Shown: positions 1 to 8,667, numbered from the stretch's first letter. The stretch is DNA of 38,520 nt from a virus (IMGVR_UViG_3300048882_000503:1-38520); one strand, 5' to 3'. Program-made: numbers and translations. The notes: generated by a model from the sequence alone, not told the origin.

Positions 1-393
1 AAGTTCTTTAGCTAACTCCTTTAACCTGTTCTCCGCGCTTACTTTTTCATCCGATAAAACAGCTTTGAGCATTTTCTCCTTCGCGGAGAGTTTTTTTGTT
101 TTGCCCTTCACCACAGTCTTAGTATATTCATGAAGATTTATTTTAAACGAATTGGTACTCTCCTTCTCGGACGTACCGGTCAAGTCCGTCACCTCAACCT
201 TTCTCACTTGTTTATGTTTGCCCACAAGCAAGTCTTCTAACGAGGTACTAAATATAGTATTTCTGGCAATATCTTTGACATCATTTATTACATCATTTTT
301 ATTGTCGAGTACATTTTTTGCTCTGTCGACCGTATCACCTATATCATATAGGTTCACGTCGCCAACTTTTTTAATTAAGTCTAGGAATGCCAT
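1..393 (-). CDS. Partial late protein running off the window edge (possibly gp48 baseplate tail-tube cap)
   Basis: Manually translated: ATG at 393, open to base 1 (MAFLDLIKKVGDVNLYDIGDTVDRAKNV...). Lies downstream of a minus-strand TATAAATA and divergent from gp4. The gp48 identity is from synteny only. Confidence 0.55.
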   Translation of the reverse strand, partial: MAFLDLIKKVGDVNLYDIGDTVDRAKNVLDNKNDVINDVKDIARNTIFSTSLEDLLVGKHKQVRKVEVTDLTGTSEKESTNSFKINLHEYTKTVVKGKTKKLSAKEKMLKAVLSDEKVSAENRLKELAKEL

Positions 394-413
394 AATTGTA
401 TTTTGTTGTTAAG

Positions 414-427
414 TATAAATATTTATA
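414..427. promoter_or_regulatory. Palindromic bidirectional T4-type late promoter
   Basis: TATAAATATTTATA: TATAAATA on + (414-421) and on - (427-420), between divergent late genes. Confidence 0.85.
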
Positions 428-891
428 TGTCATACAATAAAACTCATAGAGGGATTTATACTCCGAAGAATCCTTCAAAGTGGGTGTTGACAGAAGCCAG
501 TCATTTCAAAGGTACAATTAAATATTTGTCTGGTTGGGAACGGAAATTTATGGTCTGGGCTGATATGAACCCTAAAGTAGTTCTTGTCAGTTCAGAACCT
601 TTTCCGATAAAGTATCATTCCCCCGTAGATAATAAGATGCATAAGTATTTTATTGATTTTTATGTGGAAGTTAAACAACTTGATGGTAGCATTAGGAAGT
701 TGGCGATAGAAATAAAGCCGAAGGTACAATGCTTACCACCAAAGAAGACTAGAAATAAAATTAGATATGTTAAAGAAATGAAAACATATGTAACGAATCA
801 GGCTAAGTGGGCGGCTGCTCGAACATTTAGTATAAAACAAGGTTGGGATTTCGTTATCCTGACAGAACACGAATTGGGAATATCTAAATGA
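427..891 (+). CDS. gp4: Head completion nuclease gp4 (TnsA-like PD-(D/E)xK)
   Basis: GIYTPKNPSKW, SGWERKFM.W.D.NP, SSEP..I.Y.SPVD, YFIDFYV, IEIKP, NQAKW.AA, F.ILTE motifs. Start moved to ATG 427. Confidence 0.92.
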   Translation: MSYNKTHRGIYTPKNPSKWVLTEASHFKGTIKYLSGWERKFMVWADMNPKVVLVSSEPFPIKYHSPVDNKMHKYFIDFYVEVKQLDGSIRKLAIEIKPKVQCLPPKKTRNKIRYVKEMKTYVTNQAKWAAARTFSIKQGWDFVILTEHELGISK

Positions 892-1583
892 GTTCAGTTA
901 ATAAATTTATCGCGTCATTTGCATCAAACACCGGGATAGCATTAGGTAAATCTAATCGGTTTATGATTTCGGGGATCGATAACGTTAGTGTACCGGGTGG
1001 CGACCTCTCCATGCTTATTCGTGATGTGACACTGCCGGGTAAGTCTATATCAACTCATGTTTATCGTAATATCGGTACCCCATATAAATTGCCATACGAT
1101 ATCACATACCCCGAAGTCACACTATCATTCTATGATACGGAAACACACGATGTTCGTGCGTTCTATTCGCGTTGGCTCAGCCAAGTATATCAAGATAGTG
1201 GGGACATCCTCGGTTATGGTTATTACGATTCATATACACATGATATGGAAATACATCAACTATCTTCAGAAGTAGAGGACACCACCACGTTTAGTCTCAA
1301 GTTAATACGTTCGTATCCAATAGCAATATCAGACATGACGTTTAGTCAAGATTCAAGTAATGCGATAAACAAAATTGACATCACTATGGTGTACGAACGA
1401 TGGGAAGAAAAACTCTACAATAAAACAACAACTGTTAGCCTCGAAAAAATTCCAAATAATATATTAGGTAACGCGCTGGATAAAATAATTGATACTGTTC
1501 CGTTTGGCGAAAATATCGTGAAAGGAACAAAATCTTTAACTGACGTAATAAATAGTGACATAACCACATTATTTAAACGTTAA
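888..1583 (+). CDS. Tail-tube-fold baseplate protein (gp54/gp19 family)
   Basis: NRF, VTLPGKSIST, G.PYKLPYD..Y.EVTLSFY, YPIAISDMTFS, ITMVYERW motifs; located before gp26. Confidence 0.75.
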   Translation: MSSVNKFIASFASNTGIALGKSNRFMISGIDNVSVPGGDLSMLIRDVTLPGKSISTHVYRNIGTPYKLPYDITYPEVTLSFYDTETHDVRAFYSRWLSQVYQDSGDILGYGYYDSYTHDMEIHQLSSEVEDTTTFSLKLIRSYPIAISDMTFSQDSSNAINKIDITMVYERWEEKLYNKTTTVSLEKIPNNILGNALDKIIDTVPFGENIVKGTKSLTDVINSDITTLFKR

Positions 1584-1597
1584 TTAGGATATATTAT

Positions 1598-2338
1598 ATG
1601 CCATTGCCTACACCAAAAATTCCAGTCTATACAACGACACTACCAATATCAAAGAAGGTAGTAAAGTATCGACCGTTCCTTGTCAAAGAAGAGAAGATTA
1701 TTCTTCTCGCCATGACGGCAGAAGACCCAAGTGAATTGATTGAAGCGATGAAGCAAATTGTATCTTTATGTACTGAAGGTACTGTACGCCCAGAAAAAAT
1801 ATCATTAACTGACTTAAATTACTTAATGATTAAGATTAGGGCATGCTCAAAAGGCGAGATAATTGAACTTGTGTTGAAGTGTAAAAATAGTGTACCACAA
1901 GAAGACAATGAAGGCGGAACTAGACCATGTGGTTATTCCAATGAAGTGTCTGTCAATTTAAACGATGCGGTCGTATCAAGTAATATTCCAGAGAAAAAAA
2001 TAGAAATCAATGATACAATGGGTGTTATAATGAAACCCATTACTTTATCAGTACTTGATGGTATCGATGTTGATGATAGTCCAACACAATCATTAATTAG
2101 AAGTATCATCAACTCCATCGACACAATATATGACGGTGAGGAAATTTTCTCATCAGAAGATTATACAACCGAAGAGATTGTCACATTTGTGGATAGTTTA
2201 ACACAAGATCAATTGCGTAAAATGGTCGACTATGTAGAGAATCAACCAAACGTAAAAATAGACATCGATTATAAGTGTGGTTCTTGTGGTGTCGAACGGA
2301 AAATAGAGGTTGACAATATACAAGATTTTTTAGACTAA
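1598..2338 (+). CDS. gp26: Baseplate hub assembly protein gp26
   Basis: MPLP..P.Y...LP.S...VKYRPFLVKEEKI.L.A, IRA.SKGE, two Cys pairs, C-terminal QDF. Confidence 0.92.
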   Translation: MPLPTPKIPVYTTTLPISKKVVKYRPFLVKEEKIILLAMTAEDPSELIEAMKQIVSLCTEGTVRPEKISLTDLNYLMIKIRACSKGEIIELVLKCKNSVPQEDNEGGTRPCGYSNEVSVNLNDAVVSSNIPEKKIEINDTMGVIMKPITLSVLDGIDVDDSPTQSLIRSIINSIDTIYDGEEIFSSEDYTTEEIVTFVDSLTQDQLRKMVDYVENQPNVKIDIDYKCGSCGVERKIEVDNIQDFLD

Positions 2339-2508
2339 ACTTTTGTGATGAATCTATTAGTGGATTTTATGAACTCAATTTTAATATAATGAATAACCTT
2401 AACATAACATTATATGATATTGAACACATGATGCCATTCGAACGTGATATATACTCCAGTCTATTAATCAAACACCTTAAAGAGAAGCAAAATGATAGAA
2501 GATATTGA
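2326..2508 (+). CDS. gp51: gp51 baseplate hub assembly segment (not in the ORF track; probably reached by -1 frameshift from gp26)
   Basis: Manual translation FFRLNFCDESISGFYELNFNIMNNLNITLYDIEHMMPFERDIYSSLLIKHLKEKQNDRRY*, containing the gp51 signature IE.M.PFERDIY..LL. No ATG ahead of the conserved N-terminal part. Confidence 0.8.
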   Translation, partial: FFRLNFCDESISGFYELNFNIMNNLNITLYDIEHMMPFERDIYSSLLIKHLKEKQNDRRY

Positions 2509-4222
2509 AGATAGTAAGACAGCATTCAAAGAGAATGTCACAAAGAATGATGTAACAAAAATGCACATAGAAAGTATTTCTAAAAGCATCGACAATTTGC
2601 GTAATAATGGTGACGAGCAATTACAAGCAAGTTTCAAGTTCTATGATTCTACTATGGGGTCATTAAATGCAACTAAGGCTGCTGATGAACTAAAAGATGA
2701 TGACGATTTAACTAAGTTAGCGCTAGGAGATCTTGCTATCATAGAAAAGGTGTCTGAATTAAGTAAGGCTATGATGAATCCCAACCTTTCACTTGAGGAC
2801 CAAAAGAATAATGCCGCCACATTAAGTCATCTTGAGTTGATGTCTAAAGGTATGAATCAAGGTAGTATTGCAAGTAACCAAATCAATGACACTTTGTCTC
2901 TCATGAGGAAGGAATCAAATAAAGGCACAAGCGCATTAAAAGACACTCAAAAAATTGTGGGCGACAAGATGATGTCTGGGCTTGGGTTTTTAACTGCCGG
3001 ACTGTTAAATAACCCTCTACTCTCCGGTGTATTTGATACCGCCAAACAATTATGGGATGCGAAAAAAGTACGTGAGCAAGCCGCGAGAGATGCGGAATTA
3101 ACACAATACACTGAAGATGCTGGTGTATTTGCCAAACAGAATGCCGAATCGTCTGTTCAAATATTCAAAATGGCGGAAAATGCCAATAAACTATCAAAAG
3201 AACAAACAGATGAAATTGTTGCCGAGATAAGACTGGGTAATGAGGAATCGAAGAATAGTGCTGATAGCATTGCGTCAATATCAGGTAACACATCTTCTTC
3301 AGATAGAGACGATATATTAGATGATGAGCTTGCCCGCGAAGCGTCCCGTGAAGATGATGATGATGGAGGTGACGCCAAAGACACAGCAAAAAAAGATGAC
3401 AAGAAAATGTCATTGTTTGACAAAATTAAAGACATTGCCATAAAATTTTTAACGAAAGCTATTCTAGTGGTGTTGGCTGTTGGAGTGAATATGTTGGGTG
3501 GTTGGGAAAACATAAAGAAGACGATAATGCAAACTTGGACAGACATCAAAACATTCTTTACGGAGAACAGTATTGCGGATATATTTAAAAAGGGCTTAGA
3601 TGCTTACATAGGTATGCTTAAAGACGTTTTTGGTGTGGTGTTTGATTTAATAGAAAATTTACCCTTCATGAAAGGCCGTATGGCAGGGCTGCGTAAAACG
3701 TTTGGTATGGGGCCAGGAGCACAAGAAAAGGAAGAACAGGCGAAAAGTGCGGAGAAGATGTTTGAAAAGGCTTTGTCCCAAAAAGGACTTACTGAAAAAG
3801 AGAGGGATTCAATCAAACAACAAGCATCCAAGGCCAAGGAATCCATAGCCGACGGAAAAGGTTACCAAGCTTATTATAAAAATTACAAAGATAAAAGTGA
3901 TACCCCTAAATCCAAGTTAAATGATGTTGTCGATAACGCCAAGAAAGATTTTCAACAAAAAGCCCTTCATGAAAGTGTTGTCGAGAGCAAGGAAACCAAA
4001 AATGCTTGGGAAGCTATTGATAACCTAAATGCCCCGAAAAGAGCTACTCTTCAATCAGAGGCCATAAAGGAAAATAGTAAAAAGACAGAGACAAAAGAAG
4101 TAGGTGCCACAAATAATATGGCTGTCAGTAATAATTCAGTTAATAACAGTATGGCTATGGTTGCCCCTGCCCCTGCCGCGACATCAAATAAGATGGTAGG
4201 TGCTTATAACCATTATGACTAA
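2492..4222 (+). CDS. Tape-measure/baseplate hub protein (gp29-like)
   Basis: 576 aa, helical and low-complexity with two hydrophobic segments; directly after gp26/gp51; typical N-rich C-terminus (NNSVNNS). Confidence 0.65.
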   Translation: MIEDIEDSKTAFKENVTKNDVTKMHIESISKSIDNLRNNGDEQLQASFKFYDSTMGSLNATKAADELKDDDDLTKLALGDLAIIEKVSELSKAMMNPNLSLEDQKNNAATLSHLELMSKGMNQGSIASNQINDTLSLMRKESNKGTSALKDTQKIVGDKMMSGLGFLTAGLLNNPLLSGVFDTAKQLWDAKKVREQAARDAELTQYTEDAGVFAKQNAESSVQIFKMAENANKLSKEQTDEIVAEIRLGNEESKNSADSIASISGNTSSSDRDDILDDELAREASREDDDDGGDAKDTAKKDDKKMSLFDKIKDIAIKFLTKAILVVLAVGVNMLGGWENIKKTIMQTWTDIKTFFTENSIADIFKKGLDAYIGMLKDVFGVVFDLIENLPFMKGRMAGLRKTFGMGPGAQEKEEQAKSAEKMFEKALSQKGLTEKERDSIKQQASKAKESIADGKGYQAYYKNYKDKSDTPKSKLNDVVDNAKKDFQQKALHESVVESKETKNAWEAIDNLNAPKRATLQSEAIKENSKKTETKEVGATNNMAVSNNSVNNSMAMVAPAPAATSNKMVGAYNHYD

Positions 4223-4226
4223 AAAA

Positions 4227-4823
4227 TTATAGTTTCCATGCTGTTTTGTTGCCACCTTTCTTAAATCTTTCTGTGGGTAATGAAATCACGATTTCCCAAT
4301 TATTGGGTTCAACCTTAATGAATTTGGATTCCATGTGGTCAACTAAATACATTTTGACTGCATTCTTCACATACTTTGAGTTTGCCATTGAACTTAACTT
4401 TGAATAGTTCAGTGCTAACCTAGTATTTGGTTTATACCCAGATCCTGTTTTTAACTTTAGCATTGAGGTAAACACCGCAACTCTTATTTTAGGAGGAAGG
4501 TAGTGCATGTTGATACCCATAAAATAACTATCACCTGCCTTAGTTTTGCCGACAGAGAATGGGAATACAAGTGGAAATGTATCGTATATTGGGAGTGTTG
4601 CTTTATGTTTTGGATTGTAATTGAAATGGTATAAACCACCAATTTTAGGTTTTGATATGAAATCCGAACCTTTTATAATGTTCGGTGCCCGAACATGTCC
4701 ATAACTCTTTCTAAGATTATCCTTAAACCATTTGCGGGACGTTTCACTGTTGCGACGTTGTGCCCCAGTACTTTCTTTGTACCGTTTGATAATTTTATTA
4801 ATTAGTATATGTTCTTTTGCCAT
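4227..4823 (-). CDS. gp2: DNA end protector protein gp2
   Basis: S..WF, G.LYHFNY.PKHK.TLP.YD.FPLV, GINMHYLPP..R, W.....LPTERF motifs. Confidence 0.93.
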   Translation of the reverse strand: MAKEHILINKIIKRYKESTGAQRRNSETSRKWFKDNLRKSYGHVRAPNIIKGSDFISKPKIGGLYHFNYNPKHKATLPIYDTFPLVFPFSVGKTKAGDSYFMGINMHYLPPKIRVAVFTSMLKLKTGSGYKPNTRLALNYSKLSSMANSKYVKNAVKMYLVDHMESKFIKVEPNNWEIVISLPTERFKKGGNKTAWKL

Positions 4824-4828
4824 AATAG

Positions 4829-4836
4829 TATTTATA
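4829..4836 (-). promoter_or_regulatory. T4-type late promoter for gp2
   Basis: TATAAATA on the minus strand, 5 nt before the gp2 ATG. Confidence 0.85.
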
Positions 4837-4838
4837 TT

Positions 4839-4873
4839 AAAAAAGGCACTGGTTAAAATAACCAGTGCCTTTT
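4839..4873 (-). terminator. Rho-independent terminator after gp32 (potentially bidirectional)
   Basis: AAAAGGCACTGGTTA-aaa-TAACCAGTGCCTTTT inverted repeat with A/T tracts on both sides. Confidence 0.9.
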
Positions 4874-4897
4874 ATCACATACAATTTATTTTTCTAT

Positions 4898-5806
4898 TTA
4901 ACCGTCTGCTAGATTTTTGAAAAAGTCTAGTGTATCATCGTCGTCGTCATCATCTTGAACTTCCTCAACTACTCTCTCCACTTTCTTTGGTGGTGATGTT
5001 TTAGTCTTTGAAAGTGCTTCTGCTGTTGTGGGTTCTGATGCATTCGCATTTTTACCTAACGCTCGATTCAACTTCTCTGATAACTTCTCGTATGATTCAA
5101 ACTTCGCGGGATCAACAAATTCAGTTAATTTATGTTGTTTGCCCCACAATATCTCCATCTCAGATTCATCTTCTAATAGTTGCGATGGAGAATCAAATTC
5201 AGATTTGTCGTATGATGTTTGACCATCAAGTTTACGAACCTTTAATTTGAAGTTTGCCCCGCCCCAGAAATCAAACGGATCGATTGGTGTTTCATCATCA
5301 AATTCAGGTGAAATAGAACCAAGAATCTTCTCTTGAATTCTATAACCATATTTGAATAGAAATACCTTTCCTTCGTTATCTGGATTGGCTGGATCTTTCA
5401 CAACATAGATATTCGCTGTATAAGATTGGTTACGTTTACGGTTACGAACAAATGCCTTTGCGGTTTCAGGTGCTGACTGCCAACCACCAAATCCTTCAAG
5501 ATAACGAGTGTTCTCTTCACATACTGGACAGTTTTCCTTCACTGTTGTTGGACAATCTGCAATATACCATTTGCCAATTTCCGATTTAAAGAAGTGTGCA
5601 AACGTTTTGACATAAGGCATGTCGTCTGTATCTGCGGTTGGGAGGAAACGAATCACGCCTGAGTAATTACCCTTCTCATCGGCTTGATACTTCCAAAACC
5701 TTGAATCTTCGTAGCTCTTTTTGGTGCCAGTACCTTCGTCACCTAATTTTGCTGCCAACGCCGCGAAGTCTTTTTTCTTACTTTTCATTTTGCTAAAATT
5801 GCTCAA
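4898..5806 (-). CDS. gp32: Single-stranded DNA-binding protein gp32
   Basis: D.RFW, GN..GVIRFLP, WYI..CPTT....CPVCE, NIYVVKDPANPDNEGKVFLFKYG, PFDFWGGANFKLK, acidic tail DDTLDFFKNLA. Likely TTG start at 5806 after an AGGTG RBS. Confidence 0.97.
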   Translation of the reverse strand: MSNFSKMKSKKKDFAALAAKLGDEGTGTKKSYEDSRFWKYQADEKGNYSGVIRFLPTADTDDMPYVKTFAHFFKSEIGKWYIADCPTTVKENCPVCEENTRYLEGFGGWQSAPETAKAFVRNRKRNQSYTANIYVVKDPANPDNEGKVFLFKYGYRIQEKILGSISPEFDDETPIDPFDFWGGANFKLKVRKLDGQTSYDKSEFDSPSQLLEDESEMEILWGKQHKLTEFVDPAKFESYEKLSEKLNRALGKNANASEPTTAEALSKTKTSPPKKVERVVEEVQDDDDDDDTLDFFKNLADG

Positions 5807-5815
5807 TTTAATCAC

Positions 5816-5870
5816 CTATATTTTAATTTAATTTGTTTTAATTTGTTTTAATCTATTTTAATTCATTTTC
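5816..5870 (-). repeat. AU-rich repeats in the gp32 leader (translational autoregulation operator-like)
   Basis: mRNA-sense repeats ATTAAAA(C/T)A(A/G) immediately upstream of the RBS, resembling the unstructured leader of T4 gene 32. Confidence 0.7.
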
Positions 5871-5889
5871 ACCTCGTACATACATTAAT

Positions 5890-5918
5890 ATTATAACACA
5901 CTGTTCAATAAATTACAA
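5890..5918 (-). promoter_or_regulatory. Sigma70-type promoter for gp32
   Basis: TTGTAA-N17-TATAAT with TG extension (GTGTTATAAT). Confidence 0.7.
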
Positions 5919-6002
5919 CAATATTAATGCCGGGTTGAGGGAAACTCTCCATTTCCCTCAACCCTAAACAACCAACTATCCGGGTAGCCACTTGCTTATT
6001 CA

Positions 6003-6010
6003 TATTTATA
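6003..6010 (-). promoter_or_regulatory. T4-type late promoter upstream of a hairpin and gp32
   Basis: Intergenic TATAAATA on the minus strand. Confidence 0.65.
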
Positions 6011-6019
6011 TAGTTGTTT

Positions 6020-6163
6020 TTAATTATTTAAGTCCAGTTTTGTATCCACCCGAGTTTTTTTATTTAACATTTTCTTAATAAATTTACCCGTGCCGGCATG
6101 CCACTTATGAGATTTATGCCACTTTCTGGAAACCCAGTCACTTACCACCAATTTAGTTTTCAT
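6020..6163 (-). CDS. Small basic hypothetical protein (47 aa; not in the ORF track)
   Basis: GAGGGGG RBS, then MKTKLVVSDWVSRKWHKSHKWHAGTGKFIKKMLNKKTRVDTKLDLNN*. Confidence 0.65.
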   Translation of the reverse strand: MKTKLVVSDWVSRKWHKSHKWHAGTGKFIKKMLNKKTRVDTKLDLNN

Positions 6164-6179
6164 TCTTCCCCCTCTTTTC

Positions 6180-6812
6180 TCAATCACGCAATAAAATTTC
6201 TTTTAGTTTATTTGTATATTTTACTTTGTCGTATAGAACAAATGACGAATATTTCATTGTACGAAGTCTGTAAATGTTTTTCCACGTGAAGTCATTTTTT
6301 AACTTCTTGTCCATCACAGGAAATAAGTTTAATATTTGTCCCAATATAATAAATGATTCCACACTCAACAACCCCTGCATAAACATTTTATATATGATTG
6401 GTTGTTTCTTCTGGTGAGTAAACAAGTCTTGGAACTTCATATTATTTACTTCACAATATTCCTTCAAGTCTTCAATCTCTTCTTCAAACGTTATATACAT
6501 TCTACCAATATCTTTCACATATTCGAGATAACATTCATGTGTGTCTATATTGTTTATTGACAACGACCCAATCCAAGAATCTGGATTCTTTCTGAAGTTA
6601 GCAATAAGAAATGGAATAATGGTTCTTTTATTATATCGTTTACTTAATGCCGTGAAGAAGTATTTGTCGTTCCTCTTATCAAATGATACACGTTTCGCCA
6701 CTCGCTGTCCAAATTTCGTGTAGTCAAATAGTTCGTCATTGAAGTGTAACTTTATCGATAGATAATATTGGTAACACTCGAAAGCCGAAATACTCCAGCC
6801 ATCATTCTCCAA
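6180..6812 (-). CDS. gp59: Helicase loader gp59
   Basis: AFECY.YYLSIKLHF....FDY.KF, F.KRNDKYFF..LSK, S.ESFIIL, ..KYSSF motifs. Start uncertain (TTG 6812 or ATG 6836). Confidence 0.9.
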   Translation of the reverse strand: MENDGWSISAFECYQYYLSIKLHFNDELFDYTKFGQRVAKRVSFDKRNDKYFFTALSKRYNKRTIIPFLIANFRKNPDSWIGSLSINNIDTHECYLEYVKDIGRMYITFEEEIEDLKEYCEVNNMKFQDLFTHQKKQPIIYKMFMQGLLSVESFIILGQILNLFPVMDKKLKNDFTWKNIYRLRTMKYSSFVLYDKVKYTNKLKEILLRD

Positions 6813-7041
6813 TTGGTAGTTGTGATGTCCGACCATATACAGTATTATAGATATTACCACACAACGCAATCTTCTCTTTCAAATCCGGCGTGATAATCTT
6901 TGGAATATTATCAATCTCAATATCAAACAAATCGCACATTTCAATAATAGAATTTATTATTGTTGTGGAATTGTCTCGTGCATATTCTTCCACTTTTTCT
7001 GAGAACTCCTCTCTAGTTAATAACTCATCCTTCTTCGGCAT
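6802..7041 (-). CDS. gp33: Late transcription co-activator gp33
   Basis: FS..VE, II..C....IE...I.K.I...LKEKI, C-terminal QLPI; adjacent to gp59. Confidence 0.88.
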   Translation of the reverse strand: MPKKDELLTREEFSEKVEEYARDNSTTIINSIIEMCDLFDIEIDNIPKIITPDLKEKIALCGNIYNTVYGRTSQLPIGE

Positions 7042-8095
7042 TTAATATTACTCCATCCACTATAGTTTCAATAAATTCAATAATCTTTTCAATATCTTTC
7101 TCGACAAATGTTATACCGGCTGCCTTTTCATGTCCACCACTTGTGCCAACCATGTCAGGATATTTTTCTGACAATGAGACAACCAATCCCCCAACATTTA
7201 TATCAACATCTCTGTCTAACCTAACGGAACAATTATACCTAAGTCCGTCATATGAATACACATTATAAAATATACCATTCTTCTTGCCATCAAATTGAGT
7301 ATAATCAATCAACTCCGACACATAATTAGTGCCAGTGTTGTTAGACAATAAGGTGACAATAGAACCAGTTTCAAACATTTGAGACACTCCATATTTAATA
7401 GAGTCTTCTCTTTTTTTCTTACTGTTTATTATAACATCATTTTGTTCTTTTGTAAAGTTATCAACGTCAAGTATTTCAAGTAAATCAACAAAGTCATCAA
7501 ACCCATAATGCCAAAATAAATCGTTTAATGAGTGTGCCAAATCCCAATCTTCTGATTTACTATCCTCTTTCCACAAGTCAAATATATTACAAATTTGGAG
7601 AAGTCTACGTTCCCTGTCATTGATTTTGTTTGGCGTTAGTTTGGCGGATAATACCGCTCCACACACCTTATCACTATATTCAATTTGGAATCGAGGACTT
7701 ATCTTGGCGAGTTCTTTATACTTTTCACTTTCTTGATGATGGTCAACTAAGTAGACATTCTCGAAGTGCGACAGACAATATTCAAGCGTCTTCGGTGTTG
7801 GACTAAGATCTATCATCACGAGATGAGTGACCCCAAGGTCATACATGCTAATACAATTCTTATGTACCTTCGCATACCCTTGAGCCAAGATGATTTTGCA
7901 CTCTGGGTACGTCTTTTTGGAGAAGTACGCAGACAATGCACCGTCAAGGTCGTAGTGAGAAATTATCCCGTATCGGGATGTGGGTGTTCTTAGACTTTCA
8001 GAATAAGTCATTCCTTGAACTTTTGCCCATTCCTCTTCCGACATTATCCCAGAGGGTCTTGATTCTTTTATTCGGTCTTTTTCTTTTTTGTTCAT
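7025..8095 (-). CDS. DHH/DHHA1 phosphoesterase
   Basis: SHYDLDG, IDLS, VDHH, S.R and GGHEKAAG motifs. Confidence 0.88.
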   Translation of the reverse strand: MNKKEKDRIKESRPSGIMSEEEWAKVQGMTYSESLRTPTSRYGIISHYDLDGALSAYFSKKTYPECKIILAQGYAKVHKNCISMYDLGVTHLVMIDLSPTPKTLEYCLSHFENVYLVDHHQESEKYKELAKISPRFQIEYSDKVCGAVLSAKLTPNKINDRERRLLQICNIFDLWKEDSKSEDWDLAHSLNDLFWHYGFDDFVDLLEILDVDNFTKEQNDVIINSKKKREDSIKYGVSQMFETGSIVTLLSNNTGTNYVSELIDYTQFDGKKNGIFYNVYSYDGLRYNCSVRLDRDVDINVGGLVVSLSEKYPDMVGTSGGHEKAAGITFVEKDIEKIIEFIETIVDGVILNAEEG

Positions 8096-8144
8096 TTGTT
8101 AATCACCTTATTATATATTATATCTAGCAATTATTAATTTTATA

Positions 8145-8252
8145 CTACCGACCACCATTCTTTATAAAATCTATAATAATATATGCCGACCAAAGTCCTA
8201 GTCCAAACAAACCCACAAGTTTTAGTGTGGTCCAATAATAAAGAGACCCCAA
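8145..8252 (-). CDS. Small membrane peptide (35 aa; not in the ORF track)
   Basis: GAGGT RBS, TTG start, (M)GSLYYWTTLKLVGLFGLGLWSAYIIIDFIKNGGR*; fills the intergenic gap. Confidence 0.55.
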   Translation of the reverse strand: MGSLYYWTTLKLVGLFGLGLWSAYIIIDFIKNGGR

Positions 8253-8262
8253 TATGATTACC

Positions 8263-8667
8263 TCATTCACGAAACAATATTACCGCGTGATAGTGTTTAT
8301 ACATAATTACACCCGTTGCAATTAAAGTCACTGCCATCGGTATGTAATATCCCAACATAAAGAATATACTAAATAAACTACTCATCCTAACATTGTACAT
8401 CATCATCTTATTTTTTGGTGTTAACGATAATATTATAAGAGCTTCAAGTTTTTGTGTCTCGTATATCATCAATAAGAAAACAACCGTTGTTATTGAAGCA
8501 AAAAACCAACTTATCATCTCCAGATATTCATAACCTTGATACAGTGTGGGCGATAATATCACCAAACATAACACCACCGTTAGTGCAAAGTCTCCAATAC
8601 CATCATACAGGTCATAATAAAATTTATCTTTTAAGTTATCATACAATTTCTTTGAATCTTTATTCAT
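8263..8667 (-). CDS. Hypothetical membrane protein
   Basis: Three to four hydrophobic segments; ATGA overlap with the upstream gene places the start at 8667. Confidence 0.7.
   Translation of the reverse strand: MNKDSKKLYDNLKDKFYYDLYDGIGDFALTVVLCLVILSPTLYQGYEYLEMISWFFASITTVVFLLMIYETQKLEALIILSLTPKNKMMMYNVRMSSLFSIFFMLGYYIPMAVTLIATGVIMYKHYHAVILFRE

Noticed and set aside
6780-6812. Frameshift at the gp59 N-terminus (out-of-frame ATG ATG GCT after GGAG)
   Set aside because: In-frame TTG (6812) and ATG (6836) starts exist, so no recoding is needed.
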